DNA of 64,000 nucleotides. Source: an uncultured Acholeplasmatales bacterium (GTDB taxonomy: Bacteria; Bacillota_I; Bacilli_A; Acholeplasmatales; Anaeroplasmataceae). Positions 28,037-37,228 of the stretch are shown piece after piece. Below the pieces are notes generated by a model that worked only from the letters and a program-made list of their open reading frames with translations, did not search any database and was not told the DNA's origin. Position 1 is the stretch's first letter; every line of letters starts with the position of its first letter. The stretch lies in contig CALUXJ010000001.1 in assembly GCA_944324725.1 (NCBI GenBank), forward strand, positions 4,481 through 68,480, written 5' to 3'. The translations under genes were made by a program, and so were the position numbers.

Positions 28037-28246
28037 ATGAAGAAGAAAGTAGAATACAGAGACGATGGTCATACTGTTTATAGTATGGACGGCTTACAAA
28101 AAGAAAAGAAGGGGAATTTAGAGGTTACTCGTAAGGAAAGATGGGCAATCATTAGGGCAGCTATGGCTGTTTATCTTCCCCGCTTTCTTCTAATTATTCT
28201 AGCTTTTACGATAGCCATTTTACTAATTTATTTTTGGCTTAAATAA
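28037..28246 (+). CDS. Small single-TM protein translationally coupled to oppF
   Basis: The ATG immediately follows the oppF TAG (TAGATG). 69 aa with a basic N-terminus and a C-terminal TM FLLIILAFTIAILLIYFWL. Confidence 0.5.
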   Translation: MKKKVEYRDDGHTVYSMDGLQKEKKGNLEVTRKERWAIIRAAMAVYLPRFLLIILAFTIAILLIYFWLK

Positions 28247-28262
28247 TTAATAGGAGGGGAAC

Positions 28263-31200
28263 ATGAAAGTTCTTATTAAAAGATTTTTAGCTTTATTTGG
28301 TGCTATTATTATCGTTTGTTGTGTATCATGTGCTGAAAGTGAAACTACTAATGATTCAACCAATACAACAACAGAAGATACACATAATATGCCTTTGCTT
28401 TTAACAGATGCCAATGTTTCGCAAGAATCACGTCTATCTATGATGAAGGCTAGTGCTATTAAAGAAAATAACGGATATTTAGATAGCGATGAGGTTTCTT
28501 TAATTATTGAATTAGATAGTGATTCTTTGATTGATGAATACATTAATGTGTATTCAACCAAGTATGATACAATAGCTGATTACGCTAGAAGCCCAGAAGG
28601 TATCAAAAAAGCTCAACAAATTACTAAGGAACAAAATAGTTTTATTCAAAAACTTGAAAGTAAGGGTTACATTGATACTACTTTGTATCAATATAACACA
28701 GTAATGAATGGTATTGCTATTAAAACCACTTATGGTAATTTAGCGAAAATTGATACTTTAGATAATGTTTCACATACTTATATGTCTGAAACTTATAATT
28801 TACCACAATCTACTAGTGTTGCCGATGATGGTGCAGTAACTAATGTAGTTGATGTGTACGAAACTGGTATTTTTGACTCATCTAGTGTACCTTATGATGG
28901 TGAAGGTACATCAGTTGCTATTTTAGATAGTGGTTTTGATATTACGCATGAAGTTTTCCAAAATTGTGATCCTGAAACCCCAGCTATTTCTCGTGAAGAT
29001 GTAGCCGATGTTTTAGAGGAAACAGTTGCTTATAAAAATACGACAGGTCTTATTGTGGATGATGTTTATAAAAACGTTAAAGTTCCTTTTGCTTTTGACT
29101 ATGCCGATTATGATTTTGATGTAGAACCTACTACATCTAACCATGGTACACACGTTGCAGGTATCATAGGTGGTAAATATGATGGTGAAATTACGACGGT
29201 TGATGGTTCAACTTATGATAGTTTTACAGGTGTAGCTACAAAAACTCAATTAGTTTTAATGAAGGTTTTCTCTGACTTAACTGATGGTGCAGATACTGAA
29301 GATCTACTTGCTGGCCTAGAAGATGCAGTTTTACTTCAAGTTGATGCTATTAATATGTCTCTTGGTACCTCTTGTGGTTTCTCTAGAGAATATGATAATC
29401 AAGCTCTAAATGAAGTTTATAACAACATTAACAATGCGGGTATTAGTCTAGTTGTTGCTGCAAGTAATAGTTATAGCTCCGGTTTTGGTGGCGAAGATTC
29501 TAACACTAATAAGGTTACTAACCCTGAATCTTCAACTGTTGGTTCACCTTCAACTTATTATGGTGCTTTATCTGTTGCCTCAATTAGTGGTACTAAGTCT
29601 AACTATATTGTTGGTCCAGATAATTTCATTTTCTTCTATGAAGAATCAAGCTCTTATTCTTCAGGTAATTATTATAACAATTTCTACAATGATTTGGGTA
29701 TAAAGGGCACAGATGATGTCGAAATTAAATATGTAACAGTCCCTGGTTATGGCTTAAGAAGCAATTATTCAGGAATTAATGTTGAAGGTAAGATTGCTTT
29801 AGTAAAACGTGGTGATAATACCTTTGAAGAAAAATGTGCTATTGCTAAAGATGAGGGAGCACGAGGTATAATTATTTATAATAATATTCCTGGTGATATC
29901 ACGATGTCGACAGGTAAGGTTAGTGATTTCCCTGCTATTTCTGTAACTAAGGATGTCGGTGATATTTTAGCTAAGAATAAAACGGGTATTTTAACCTTTA
30001 ATGGCAATTATGAGGCTGGTCCATTTATGTCTGATTTCTCAAGCTGGGGTCCAACATCTGATTTAAAATTAAAGCCAGAAATTACTGCCCATGGTGGTAA
30101 TATTGTTTCAGCTGTCCCTGGTGGTGGTTATGATAAATTAAGTGGCACTTCAATGGCTTGTCCTAATATGTGTGGTATTGTCGTTCTAGTAAGACAATAT
30201 TTAAAAGAGAAATATCCTGATTATACGGCTAAACAAATTTCTGATATGGCTTATCAATTATTGATGTCTACAGCTACTATTGCTTTAAATGAAGAAGGTA
30301 ATCCTTATTCTCCACGTAAACAAGGAGCAGGTCTTGCTAGTCTAGAAAAAGCCACTACAACAGGTGCTTATATTACAGTTAATGATAATCCAGGTAATGG
30401 TTTACTAGCAGGTAATCGTCCTAAATTAGAGCTTGGTGATGATAAGGATAGAACAGGCGTTTATGAGATGACCTTTAATGTAGTAAACATTTCTAATCAA
30501 CCATTGAGCTATGAAATTGCAATTAGTGGTATGACGGAATCTGTATCATCTTCTGATAAAGATTATGTAGCTGAAATGAGCTATATGTTAAATGGTGCAT
30601 TATCAGTTGATGAAGTTAGCGATAACATTAAACTGGATGGAAAAATAATCACTATTCCAGCTAATACAACTGGTACAGTAACTATTACATATACTTTAAC
30701 AGCAGAAGATAAAAAATATATTGAAGATTCCTTCCCATATGGTATGTATGTTGAAGGTTATGTTGAATTGATCGCAACTGATGAAAATAACAATATTTCC
30801 TTAAATGCTCCTTTCTTGGCCTTCTTTGGTGATTGGACGGAGGCTCCTATTTTTGATAAGACCTTCTATGAGGTGGAATCAGAAGCTTACGATGATTCAA
30901 TTGATGACGAAGATAAGATTAAGGCAGATTATTATGCAACAGTTCCATTTGGTACTTATTATGATAGCTATGTAATTTCTCTTGGAACTTATGTTTATAA
31001 TATGGATTTAACTCAATATAGCCAAATTCCAGCTCGGGAAGATCATATAGCAATTTCAAGTAATGCAGGTACTATTAATGGTATTAATGGTATTTACACA
31101 GGTTTATTAAGAAATGTAGCTAAAATGGTTTATACTATTACAGATAACGTAACTGGTGAGGTTATTTATAACTTTACTGACTATAATTGTAATAAGGCCT

Positions 31201-34200
31201 TTTCCAATAGTGGAGCTGGGGCTGTACCTTATTTTGAAAGACTTTCTATTGATCCAATTGCCTTAGATATGGTTAATAATCGTGAATATACATTCAAGAT
31301 GCAAGCCTATATGGATTATGGTGATGGTGGTATTAGTGCTAACGTACGAAACAATTACACTTTTAACTTCACTATGGATGATGAAGCACCAATTATTTTG
31401 GGAGCCGACTATGAAAAGGTATATGATAAGACTTTAAAGAAAGATAGATATTATGTCACTTTAACAGTTTCTGATAATCAATATGTACAATCTGTTACAC
31501 CGATTGTCTTTACAGAAAATGGTGCTAACTATACGACTTTAACAACATATCCATATCCAGTATACGGTGATAAGGGTGAAAAGACTACAGTTAAATTTGA
31601 AATAACTGATTATATGGAAAGTGTTTATTTTGACGATGTTTCTCATAATACACTAGGCTTTGTTATTGATGATTATGCTTTAAACTCTAATATTTATTTA
31701 TGCTCTATGCCAGGAACTAAAGGTAATTTAAAGTTTACTAGTGATGGCACTATGGAAGGTACTAATAAAACTCAACAAATTATTAATGCTGGTGAGGTAG
31801 TTGATTTAACTCAATATTTGACTTCTGATGATTCTTCAATTTCTATGGGAAAGGATTACCTAGAATATTTAGATTGGACTTCATCTAATCCAGATGTAGC
31901 AATTGTTGATAAGGGTCAGGTAATTGGTTTAAAGGCTGGTACTACGACCATTACGGTTTCTAATCCAACCTTTAATGTTGGTAGTGCTTCTTTGACGGTT
32001 AGAGTCTCTGGTACAAGTAATGATGCCATTGATGATGCAAAGCTCGAAAGTATTAATTTCATTTATTTTGATGTAATTAATGGCCATCCGGCAGCAGGTG
32101 AATCTAATGTTTTGGGTAATGAAACAGACCGAACATTCATTTCATCGCTTCCTACTAATAATATAGGAGCATCTGTCTTGTCAGTGTACCCAGGTGAAAC
32201 GATTAAATTAACATATAATATTGAACCTTGGTATTTACCTGAAAGTAGATATGAGGTAACTTATACAAGTACAAATCAAAAGGTGGCCACAGTAACTCAA
32301 GATGGTGAAGTAACTAGTTTAGCTGAAGGTACAACTACTATTAGGCTAACTATTAAGGTTGATGGTAAACAGTCTAACATGATGGCTCTCTTATCATTAA
32401 CAGTTAAGGATCCATTTGTTATTGAAAACCGAGTATTAAATTATTACAAAGGTGTTGGCGGTGATATTATTATTCCAGACGACGAAGGAATAATGCAAAT
32501 AGGATCATATGCTTTCTCCTTATATAACATCGATTATAATATTCCAGTTACAGAGGATGATTTAGATGCCAATAAAGTTCCTCAAACTAATACAACTATT
32601 ACTTCAGTAGTAATTCCTGAAGGTGTAACGACAATTGGTAAGATGGCTTTCGCAAGTCTAGTTAATTTAGAAAAGGTTGTTCTACCTTCTACAGTTACGA
32701 CAATTGAAGAAATGGCCTTTATGAACTGTCCAAAATTAAAGGAAATTAATTTGGAAAATGTTACAACTATTGAATATGAGGCGTTTAAAGGCTGTACGAG
32801 TCTTGAAACTGTGGATTTAGGTGATGTATATTCTGTTTCTTATAATGTTTTTGAAGGTTGTACAAGTTTAAATAACGTTGATTTAACAACTTTAAGAAGT
32901 AGTGGAAAAGAAATATTTAAGGATTGTACAAGCTTGACTAATGTTGTCATAACACCAAATACTAAGTTATCTAATGGAATGTTTGCTGGTAGTGGTTTGG
33001 CATCTGTTGCTTTAGGTCAAGACCGAATTCCTGACTATTGCTTCCAAAATTGTCAAAATTTAGTTTCTGTAACATTCACTAATGATTTAGTTTATATTGG
33101 TACAAGTGCTTTTGAAAACACTGGTTTAAGTCAAGTTGATTTTGCTAAAGGAGTAGAATATTTCTACGCTAGAGCCTTTGCAAATTGCCAAAATTTGGTT
33201 ACTTTAGCTTTACCTAATTCGGAATTTACATTAGCCGATGAAGTGTTTAAGGACTCAAGTAATTTGACAACGCTTGAATTTGCTCAAAATACTAAGATTA
33301 CTAAAGTTGGTCTAGATGTTTTTGCTAATACGAATTTAACTAATTTTGTAGCTAGTTCAGATAGCAATTATAGTGTTTCTGATAATAGTGGAGTTTTATT
33401 AAGTGCGGATGGCACAAAAATAATTTTTGTTGCTCCAATGGCTAACATCACTGATTATGAGGTTCCAAGCAGTGTAACAGAGATTACTGAAGGTGCCTTT
33501 GCAAATAATAATACTTTAGAAACACTAACCATAACTAATCCAAATACGACAATTGCAGCTAATGCTTTTGCTAATTGCTCAAATTTAACAACAATTAATT
33601 TACCTTCTGAAGCAGGAGTTAAGATTTTAGACTATGCTTTCTATGACAATGCTAATTTAACTACTATAAACAATTTAGACAAAGTAATTGAAATCGGCAG
33701 CTATTCATTTGCCAATTCAGGTCTAACAAATGTTGTTGTGAATACTGATATTGGTAGTTATGCTTTTGCAGGTTCTAAATTAACAAGTATTACAACAGGC
33801 GCAAATATTTCAATAAATGACCATGCTTTTTATGGCAATACAGCTTTAAAAACGGTTGTTTTAGGAGATAATGTTACTATTAATAATTATGCCTTTGCAG
33901 CTTGTTCAGCCCTTAATTCTATTAATCTAGAAAAGGCAAATGGAACACTTGGAGACTATGCTTTCTATCAAGATAAGGCTTTAACGGCTATTAATTTAGA
34001 TAATATTACTACAATTGGAACTTATGCTTTTGCAGAATGTTCTAATTTAACAAATGTTAGTCTTCCAGTTGTTGAAACTATTGGAGCTTATGCTTTCTCT
34101 AAAGAAGATAGCAAGGCTATTGCTCCACGTATGACAACAATTAGTTTACCAACTAGTCTTAAGACAATTGGTGATGGAGCTTTCAAAGATTTAATGTATT

Positions 34201-35780
34201 TAGCAAATGTTTCTTTACCAGAAGGACTTGTAAATTTAGGAAAGGGTGCTTTCTCAGGTTGTAGTGATTTAGAAACAGTAGTCTTACCAAGTACGTTAAC
34301 TATCATCAGCGAAGAAGCATTTAGAGATTGTTCTAAATTAAGCAGTATTAATTTGGAAAATATTGAAGTGATTGGTAAAAATTCCTTCATTAATTGTAAG
34401 GCTTTGACTAAGATAAACTTAGCTAGTGCTACAACAATAAATTATGGTGCTTTTGCCTCTAATACTAATTTAGTTACAGTGGAAAATGCTAATCTTGTAA
34501 CTTATGTTGGAGATTATGCTTTCCAAAGTGCTAAGTTCAGTACTATTAGTTTGCCACAATTAGCTTATATTGGTCAGGCTGCTTTCTCTAGCTGTCCTAA
34601 TTTAGTAGAGTTCACTTTAAGTGATGATTTAGTTTATGTTGGTACTAATGCTTTCTTTAGCTCTAATGCTTTGAAAGAGTTTAACTACAATGATAATGGT
34701 ACTAAGAAGACAAATGGTCAAATTAATAGTTATGCCTTATTAGATAATGGTATCCTATATACTTATGCAGAAAATGATTATTTAGCCTTAAATCAAGTTC
34801 CTGCGGCTTTAGATATTGAAACATTAGAAGTATTGGATAATACACAAATAATCAACCCATATGCTGGTAATATGAACACGAACGTTAAACATTTAATCTT
34901 CCCAGATACTTTAAGTGTTATTTCGAATTTTGCTTTCTATGGTTATACAGCTTTGGAAAGTGTAGAATTTAGATCATTTACTGCTCCAAAATTAGAAAGC
35001 TTTATGATTGAAGATACTGAAATTAGCCCAACTGATCCAGGTTATGAATTCTTTAACTATGCATATCATTTGTGGACTAACCCATATCCATATTATCAAT
35101 TTAAAGATCGGGTTGGGTCTATTGCAACTTTACAATTAATTCTACCAGCCAATACAGGTGTGATTGGTTATGATACTTTAATTTATGAAGGTTACTTTGG
35201 TGATATTGCTAACGCTACCCATAGTGATTATGTAGCTAAAGATAATAATACCATTGCATTCCTTGAAATTGTTAATAAGGTGCCAGCTGTTGCAGATGTT
35301 ACGTTAGATGATGATGACTTGATTACAGAAGCAGTAACTTGTCTAAATGCTTTAAGTCAAGATTTAACTCAGTTTGGCTATACAAGTGAAGAAGTAGCAC
35401 AAATGAAAGCTAAAGTTGAAGATGCAAGATATCAGTTATATGCTTTAAAGCGTGCTCAAGGCAGTGAAGCAGTAAGAAATGTTCAAGCTATTTTAGATAA
35501 TCTTGATACTACCTTTGATTTAGCTAATTTAGAAGAATTAGCAAATATTGCTAGTCAAATTAATGCTTTATCACGTGATGAACAAAACATTCTTGATTTA
35601 AGAAATTACGATAAGTTAAAAGACTCATATAATCTATATTTACAGAAGGTTGAGGAAGATGCTAAAGTTGTTGATAATATAACTACTAACGGTTACAATT
35701 ATAGTTTAGTTACTTCCTTGGTAGCTGCTACTAGCTTACTTGGTGTCTCATTAGCCTTAATATTTAAAAGTTTATTATAA
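28263..35780 (+). CDS. Giant cell-envelope subtilase (S8 with PA insert, C5a-peptidase/lactocepin-like) fused to Big_2 domains, a long BspA-type LRR array and a C-terminal TM anchor
   Basis: GGAGGGG RBS and a signal peptide. I9-like propeptide. Catalytic Asp VAILDSGFD, His SNHGTHVAGIIGG and Ser LSGTSMACPNMCG. PA domain GKIALVKRGDNTFEEKCAIAKDEGARGIIIYNN. Big_2-like WTSSNPDVAIVDKGQVIGLKAGTTTITV and YTSTNQKVATVTQDGEVTSLAEGTTTIRL. Many repeats of type I...AF..C..L..V.LP. Terminal TM LVAATSLLGVSLALIF. Confidence 0.9.
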   Translation: MKVLIKRFLALFGAIIIVCCVSCAESETTNDSTNTTTEDTHNMPLLLTDANVSQESRLSMMKASAIKENNGYLDSDEVSLIIELDSDSLIDEYINVYSTKYDTIADYARSPEGIKKAQQITKEQNSFIQKLESKGYIDTTLYQYNTVMNGIAIKTTYGNLAKIDTLDNVSHTYMSETYNLPQSTSVADDGAVTNVVDVYETGIFDSSSVPYDGEGTSVAILDSGFDITHEVFQNCDPETPAISREDVADVLEETVAYKNTTGLIVDDVYKNVKVPFAFDYADYDFDVEPTTSNHGTHVAGIIGGKYDGEITTVDGSTYDSFTGVATKTQLVLMKVFSDLTDGADTEDLLAGLEDAVLLQVDAINMSLGTSCGFSREYDNQALNEVYNNINNAGISLVVAASNSYSSGFGGEDSNTNKVTNPESSTVGSPSTYYGALSVASISGTKSNYIVGPDNFIFFYEESSSYSSGNYYNNFYNDLGIKGTDDVEIKYVTVPGYGLRSNYSGINVEGKIALVKRGDNTFEEKCAIAKDEGARGIIIYNNIPGDITMSTGKVSDFPAISVTKDVGDILAKNKTGILTFNGNYEAGPFMSDFSSWGPTSDLKLKPEITAHGGNIVSAVPGGGYDKLSGTSMACPNMCGIVVLVRQYLKEKYPDYTAKQISDMAYQLLMSTATIALNEEGNPYSPRKQGAGLASLEKATTTGAYITVNDNPGNGLLAGNRPKLELGDDKDRTGVYEMTFNVVNISNQPLSYEIAISGMTESVSSSDKDYVAEMSYMLNGALSVDEVSDNIKLDGKIITIPANTTGTVTITYTLTAEDKKYIEDSFPYGMYVEGYVELIATDENNNISLNAPFLAFFGDWTEAPIFDKTFYEVESEAYDDSIDDEDKIKADYYATVPFGTYYDSYVISLGTYVYNMDLTQYSQIPAREDHIAISSNAGTINGINGIYTGLLRNVAKMVYTITDNVTGEVIYNFTDYNCNKAFSNSGAGAVPYFERLSIDPIALDMVNNREYTFKMQAYMDYGDGGISANVRNNYTFNFTMDDEAPIILGADYEKVYDKTLKKDRYYVTLTVSDNQYVQSVTPIVFTENGANYTTLTTYPYPVYGDKGEKTTVKFEITDYMESVYFDDVSHNTLGFVIDDYALNSNIYLCSMPGTKGNLKFTSDGTMEGTNKTQQIINAGEVVDLTQYLTSDDSSISMGKDYLEYLDWTSSNPDVAIVDKGQVIGLKAGTTTITVSNPTFNVGSASLTVRVSGTSNDAIDDAKLESINFIYFDVINGHPAAGESNVLGNETDRTFISSLPTNNIGASVLSVYPGETIKLTYNIEPWYLPESRYEVTYTSTNQKVATVTQDGEVTSLAEGTTTIRLTIKVDGKQSNMMALLSLTVKDPFVIENRVLNYYKGVGGDIIIPDDEGIMQIGSYAFSLYNIDYNIPVTEDDLDANKVPQTNTTITSVVIPEGVTTIGKMAFASLVNLEKVVLPSTVTTIEEMAFMNCPKLKEINLENVTTIEYEAFKGCTSLETVDLGDVYSVSYNVFEGCTSLNNVDLTTLRSSGKEIFKDCTSLTNVVITPNTKLSNGMFAGSGLASVALGQDRIPDYCFQNCQNLVSVTFTNDLVYIGTSAFENTGLSQVDFAKGVEYFYARAFANCQNLVTLALPNSEFTLADEVFKDSSNLTTLEFAQNTKITKVGLDVFANTNLTNFVASSDSNYSVSDNSGVLLSADGTKIIFVAPMANITDYEVPSSVTEITEGAFANNNTLETLTITNPNTTIAANAFANCSNLTTINLPSEAGVKILDYAFYDNANLTTINNLDKVIEIGSYSFANSGLTNVVVNTDIGSYAFAGSKLTSITTGANISINDHAFYGNTALKTVVLGDNVTINNYAFAACSALNSINLEKANGTLGDYAFYQDKALTAINLDNITTIGTYAFAECSNLTNVSLPVVETIGAYAFSKEDSKAIAPRMTTISLPTSLKTIGDGAFKDLMYLANVSLPEGLVNLGKGAFSGCSDLETVVLPSTLTIISEEAFRDCSKLSSINLENIEVIGKNSFINCKALTKINLASATTINYGAFASNTNLVTVENANLVTYVGDYAFQSAKFSTISLPQLAYIGQAAFSSCPNLVEFTLSDDLVYVGTNAFFSSNALKEFNYNDNGTKKTNGQINSYALLDNGILYTYAENDYLALNQVPAALDIETLEVLDNTQIINPYAGNMNTNVKHLIFPDTLSVISNFAFYGYTALESVEFRSFTAPKLESFMIEDTEISPTDPGYEFFNYAYHLWTNPYPYYQFKDRVGSIATLQLILPANTGVIGYDTLIYEGYFGDIANATHSDYVAKDNNTIAFLEIVNKVPAVADVTLDDDDLITEAVTCLNALSQDLTQFGYTSEEVAQMKAKVEDARYQLYALKRAQGSEAVRNVQAILDNLDTTFDLANLEELANIASQINALSRDEQNILDLRNYDKLKDSYNLYLQKVEEDAKVVDNITTNGYNYSLVTSLVAATSLLGVSLALIFKSLL
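32420..34990 (+). repeat. Protein-level leucine-rich repeat array (BspA/LRR_5 type) within the subtilase gene
   Basis: Dozens of units of about 22-25 aa, such as IGKMAFASLVNLEKVVLPSTVTTIEEMAFMNCPKLKEINLENVTTIEYEAFKGCTSLETVDL. The nucleotide copies are diverged, so this is not a perfect DNA tandem repeat. Confidence 0.8.
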
Positions 35781-35794
35781 GGAGGAGTAAGAAA

Positions 35795-36373
35795 ATGAAA
35801 AAATTAGGTTTATTTCTTGTTTTAATCATAGCTTTATTCAGTTTTACTTCTTGTAATAATAATAACGATGAGCCTAAAACACCAGAAGCTCAATTTGTTA
35901 GTATTATGACAAATATTAATGATAATCTAAAAGATTGTACGAATGTTGTTTATGACTCTAGTATTATGGATGGTAGTGTATTAGTTAAGGGTATTAATAA
36001 GAATGTTAACATTGTTAAAAATTCAGATGGTTCTTTAAGTTTAACGGTTACTACCACAAATCAAAATTTAAGTAGTGATTTCGTTTTAGAGGAACAAGTT
36101 TTAACAGATTATATCGATGGTCAAATGCCAGAAACCTTATTCGCTTATAATTTTAGCTATGCTTCCTTTAGTGAAATTACAATGACAGAAACAAGTATAA
36201 CAGGAGTTATTAGAAGTGCCGATGTTAGCACAGCTTTAAATACTACGGTAAATAATAATAGTGATTTAGCTGTTACAATTAATTATGCAGAAGGCAAGAT
36301 TACTGATTTTGCCTTTAGCTATACAACAACTAATGGAAATTCAGTTACTATTAATGCTACCTATAGTTACTAA
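35795..36373 (+). CDS. Small lipoprotein of unknown function, 14 nt downstream of the subtilase
   Basis: GGAGG RBS. Lipobox FTSC followed by NNNNDEPK. 192 aa with no recognisable motif. Confidence 0.65.
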   Translation: MKKLGLFLVLIIALFSFTSCNNNNDEPKTPEAQFVSIMTNINDNLKDCTNVVYDSSIMDGSVLVKGINKNVNIVKNSDGSLSLTVTTTNQNLSSDFVLEEQVLTDYIDGQMPETLFAYNFSYASFSEITMTETSITGVIRSADVSTALNTTVNNNSDLAVTINYAEGKITDFAFSYTTTNGNSVTINATYSY

Positions 36374-36385
36374 TAAATAATAATT

Positions 36386-36436
36386 AAAGACCGATTTAAC
36401 TAGGAAGAGTCTTTCTAGCTTAATCGGTCTTTTTTA
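36386..36436 (+). terminator. Intrinsic terminator after the subtilase/lipoprotein unit
   Basis: Long imperfect hairpin AGACCGATTTAACTAG...CTAGCTTAATCGGTCT followed by TTTTTT. Confidence 0.75.
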
Positions 36437-36467
36437 CGCAAAAATAGTAATTTTTAGTATATTTTAT

Positions 36468-36503
36468 TAAAAAAACTAGTAACGAATCGTTACTAATTTT
36501 TTA
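36468..36503 (-). terminator. Intrinsic terminator for the minus-strand EF-G-like/esterase-like unit
   Basis: Stem TAGTAAC / GTTACTA (36477-36495), flanked by an A-run on the + strand (a U-run on the minus transcript). Lies just downstream of the stop at 36518. Confidence 0.65.
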
Positions 36504-36517
36504 TTTTTCTTTTATAA

Positions 36518-37228
36518 TTACTGTTCAATTTGCTTTATAAATAATTTTAAATAATAATGCCAGGAAAGTTCATCATGTTTGCCTTTAGGCCAAATCACGA
36601 GTTTAGCAGGCATATGCTTTTTAAGACATAAATTATAATACCATTGACTAGCTAAAATATAGTCATTATTTGTAAATTCACCATCCGAAAACTCTTTTTC
36701 ACCTACCGCAATAAAATTAAGAGTTTGATTATTTGGTTTAATCAACTTCGCAGTTTTATTATAATCTAAGAAGAAGGCACTAGAGAAGAGTGCTAAACCA
36801 TTAAAGTATGAACTTAGTTCTAAGGCTGGTAAAGTTGCTAAAGAAGAAGAGATAAGATAACGTTTGGTAATATTTAAGCCCTTTTCACAACAGGGTAATA
36901 CAAGATTTGTGAAATCACTAATAAAAGAATTGTGAAATTTTGTATCGTTATTGATTCCTAATTTGTTTAACTTGAAGGGAGTATACATACTAAAACGTGT
37001 TATATCATTAGGACTATTGATAGCTATGGCAATATATGGCTTATGTAAGTGATCTAAGATGCGTAAAGCCTTTAAGCTTTTATGATAAACTGCAAATTCA
37101 TCCTTAAAAGCATTTTGCCCATCTAGAAAGTAAAAAGCTATATGAATATTATTTTTGGTAAGAGAAGCTTTAGTTGTTATAGTATAAAAATAATCACTAT
37201 AACTAGACTTAATAGCAAATTGTTTCAT
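36518..37228 (-). CDS. Esterase-family (alpha/beta hydrolase, esterase D/Fes-like) protein with a degenerate nucleophile motif
   Basis: FYFLDGQN and the overall length resemble the 'putative esterase' family. The expected GxSxG position reads ISSSLA. The start codon shares a base with the stop of the upstream EF-G-like gene (37228). Confidence 0.45.
   Translation of the reverse strand: MKQFAIKSSYSDYFYTITTKASLTKNNIHIAFYFLDGQNAFKDEFAVYHKSLKALRILDHLHKPYIAIAINSPNDITRFSMYTPFKLNKLGINNDTKFHNSFISDFTNLVLPCCEKGLNITKRYLISSSLATLPALELSSYFNGLALFSSAFFLDYNKTAKLIKPNNQTLNFIAVGEKEFSDGEFTNNDYILASQWYYNLCLKKHMPAKLVIWPKGKHDELSWHYYLKLFIKQIEQ

Noticed and set aside
28247-28561. 104-aa minus-strand ORF opposite the 5' end of the subtilase gene.
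   Set aside because: It overlaps the protease signal peptide and propeptide coding region and its RBS. It has no motifs, and the protease frame is far better supported.
32420-34990. Considered whether the periodic LRR-coding region is a DNA tandem repeat or a CRISPR-like array.
   Set aside because: The periodicity is at the protein level, in units of about 66-75 nt that are diverged at the nucleotide level. It lies in a continuous ORF with no spacer/repeat architecture.
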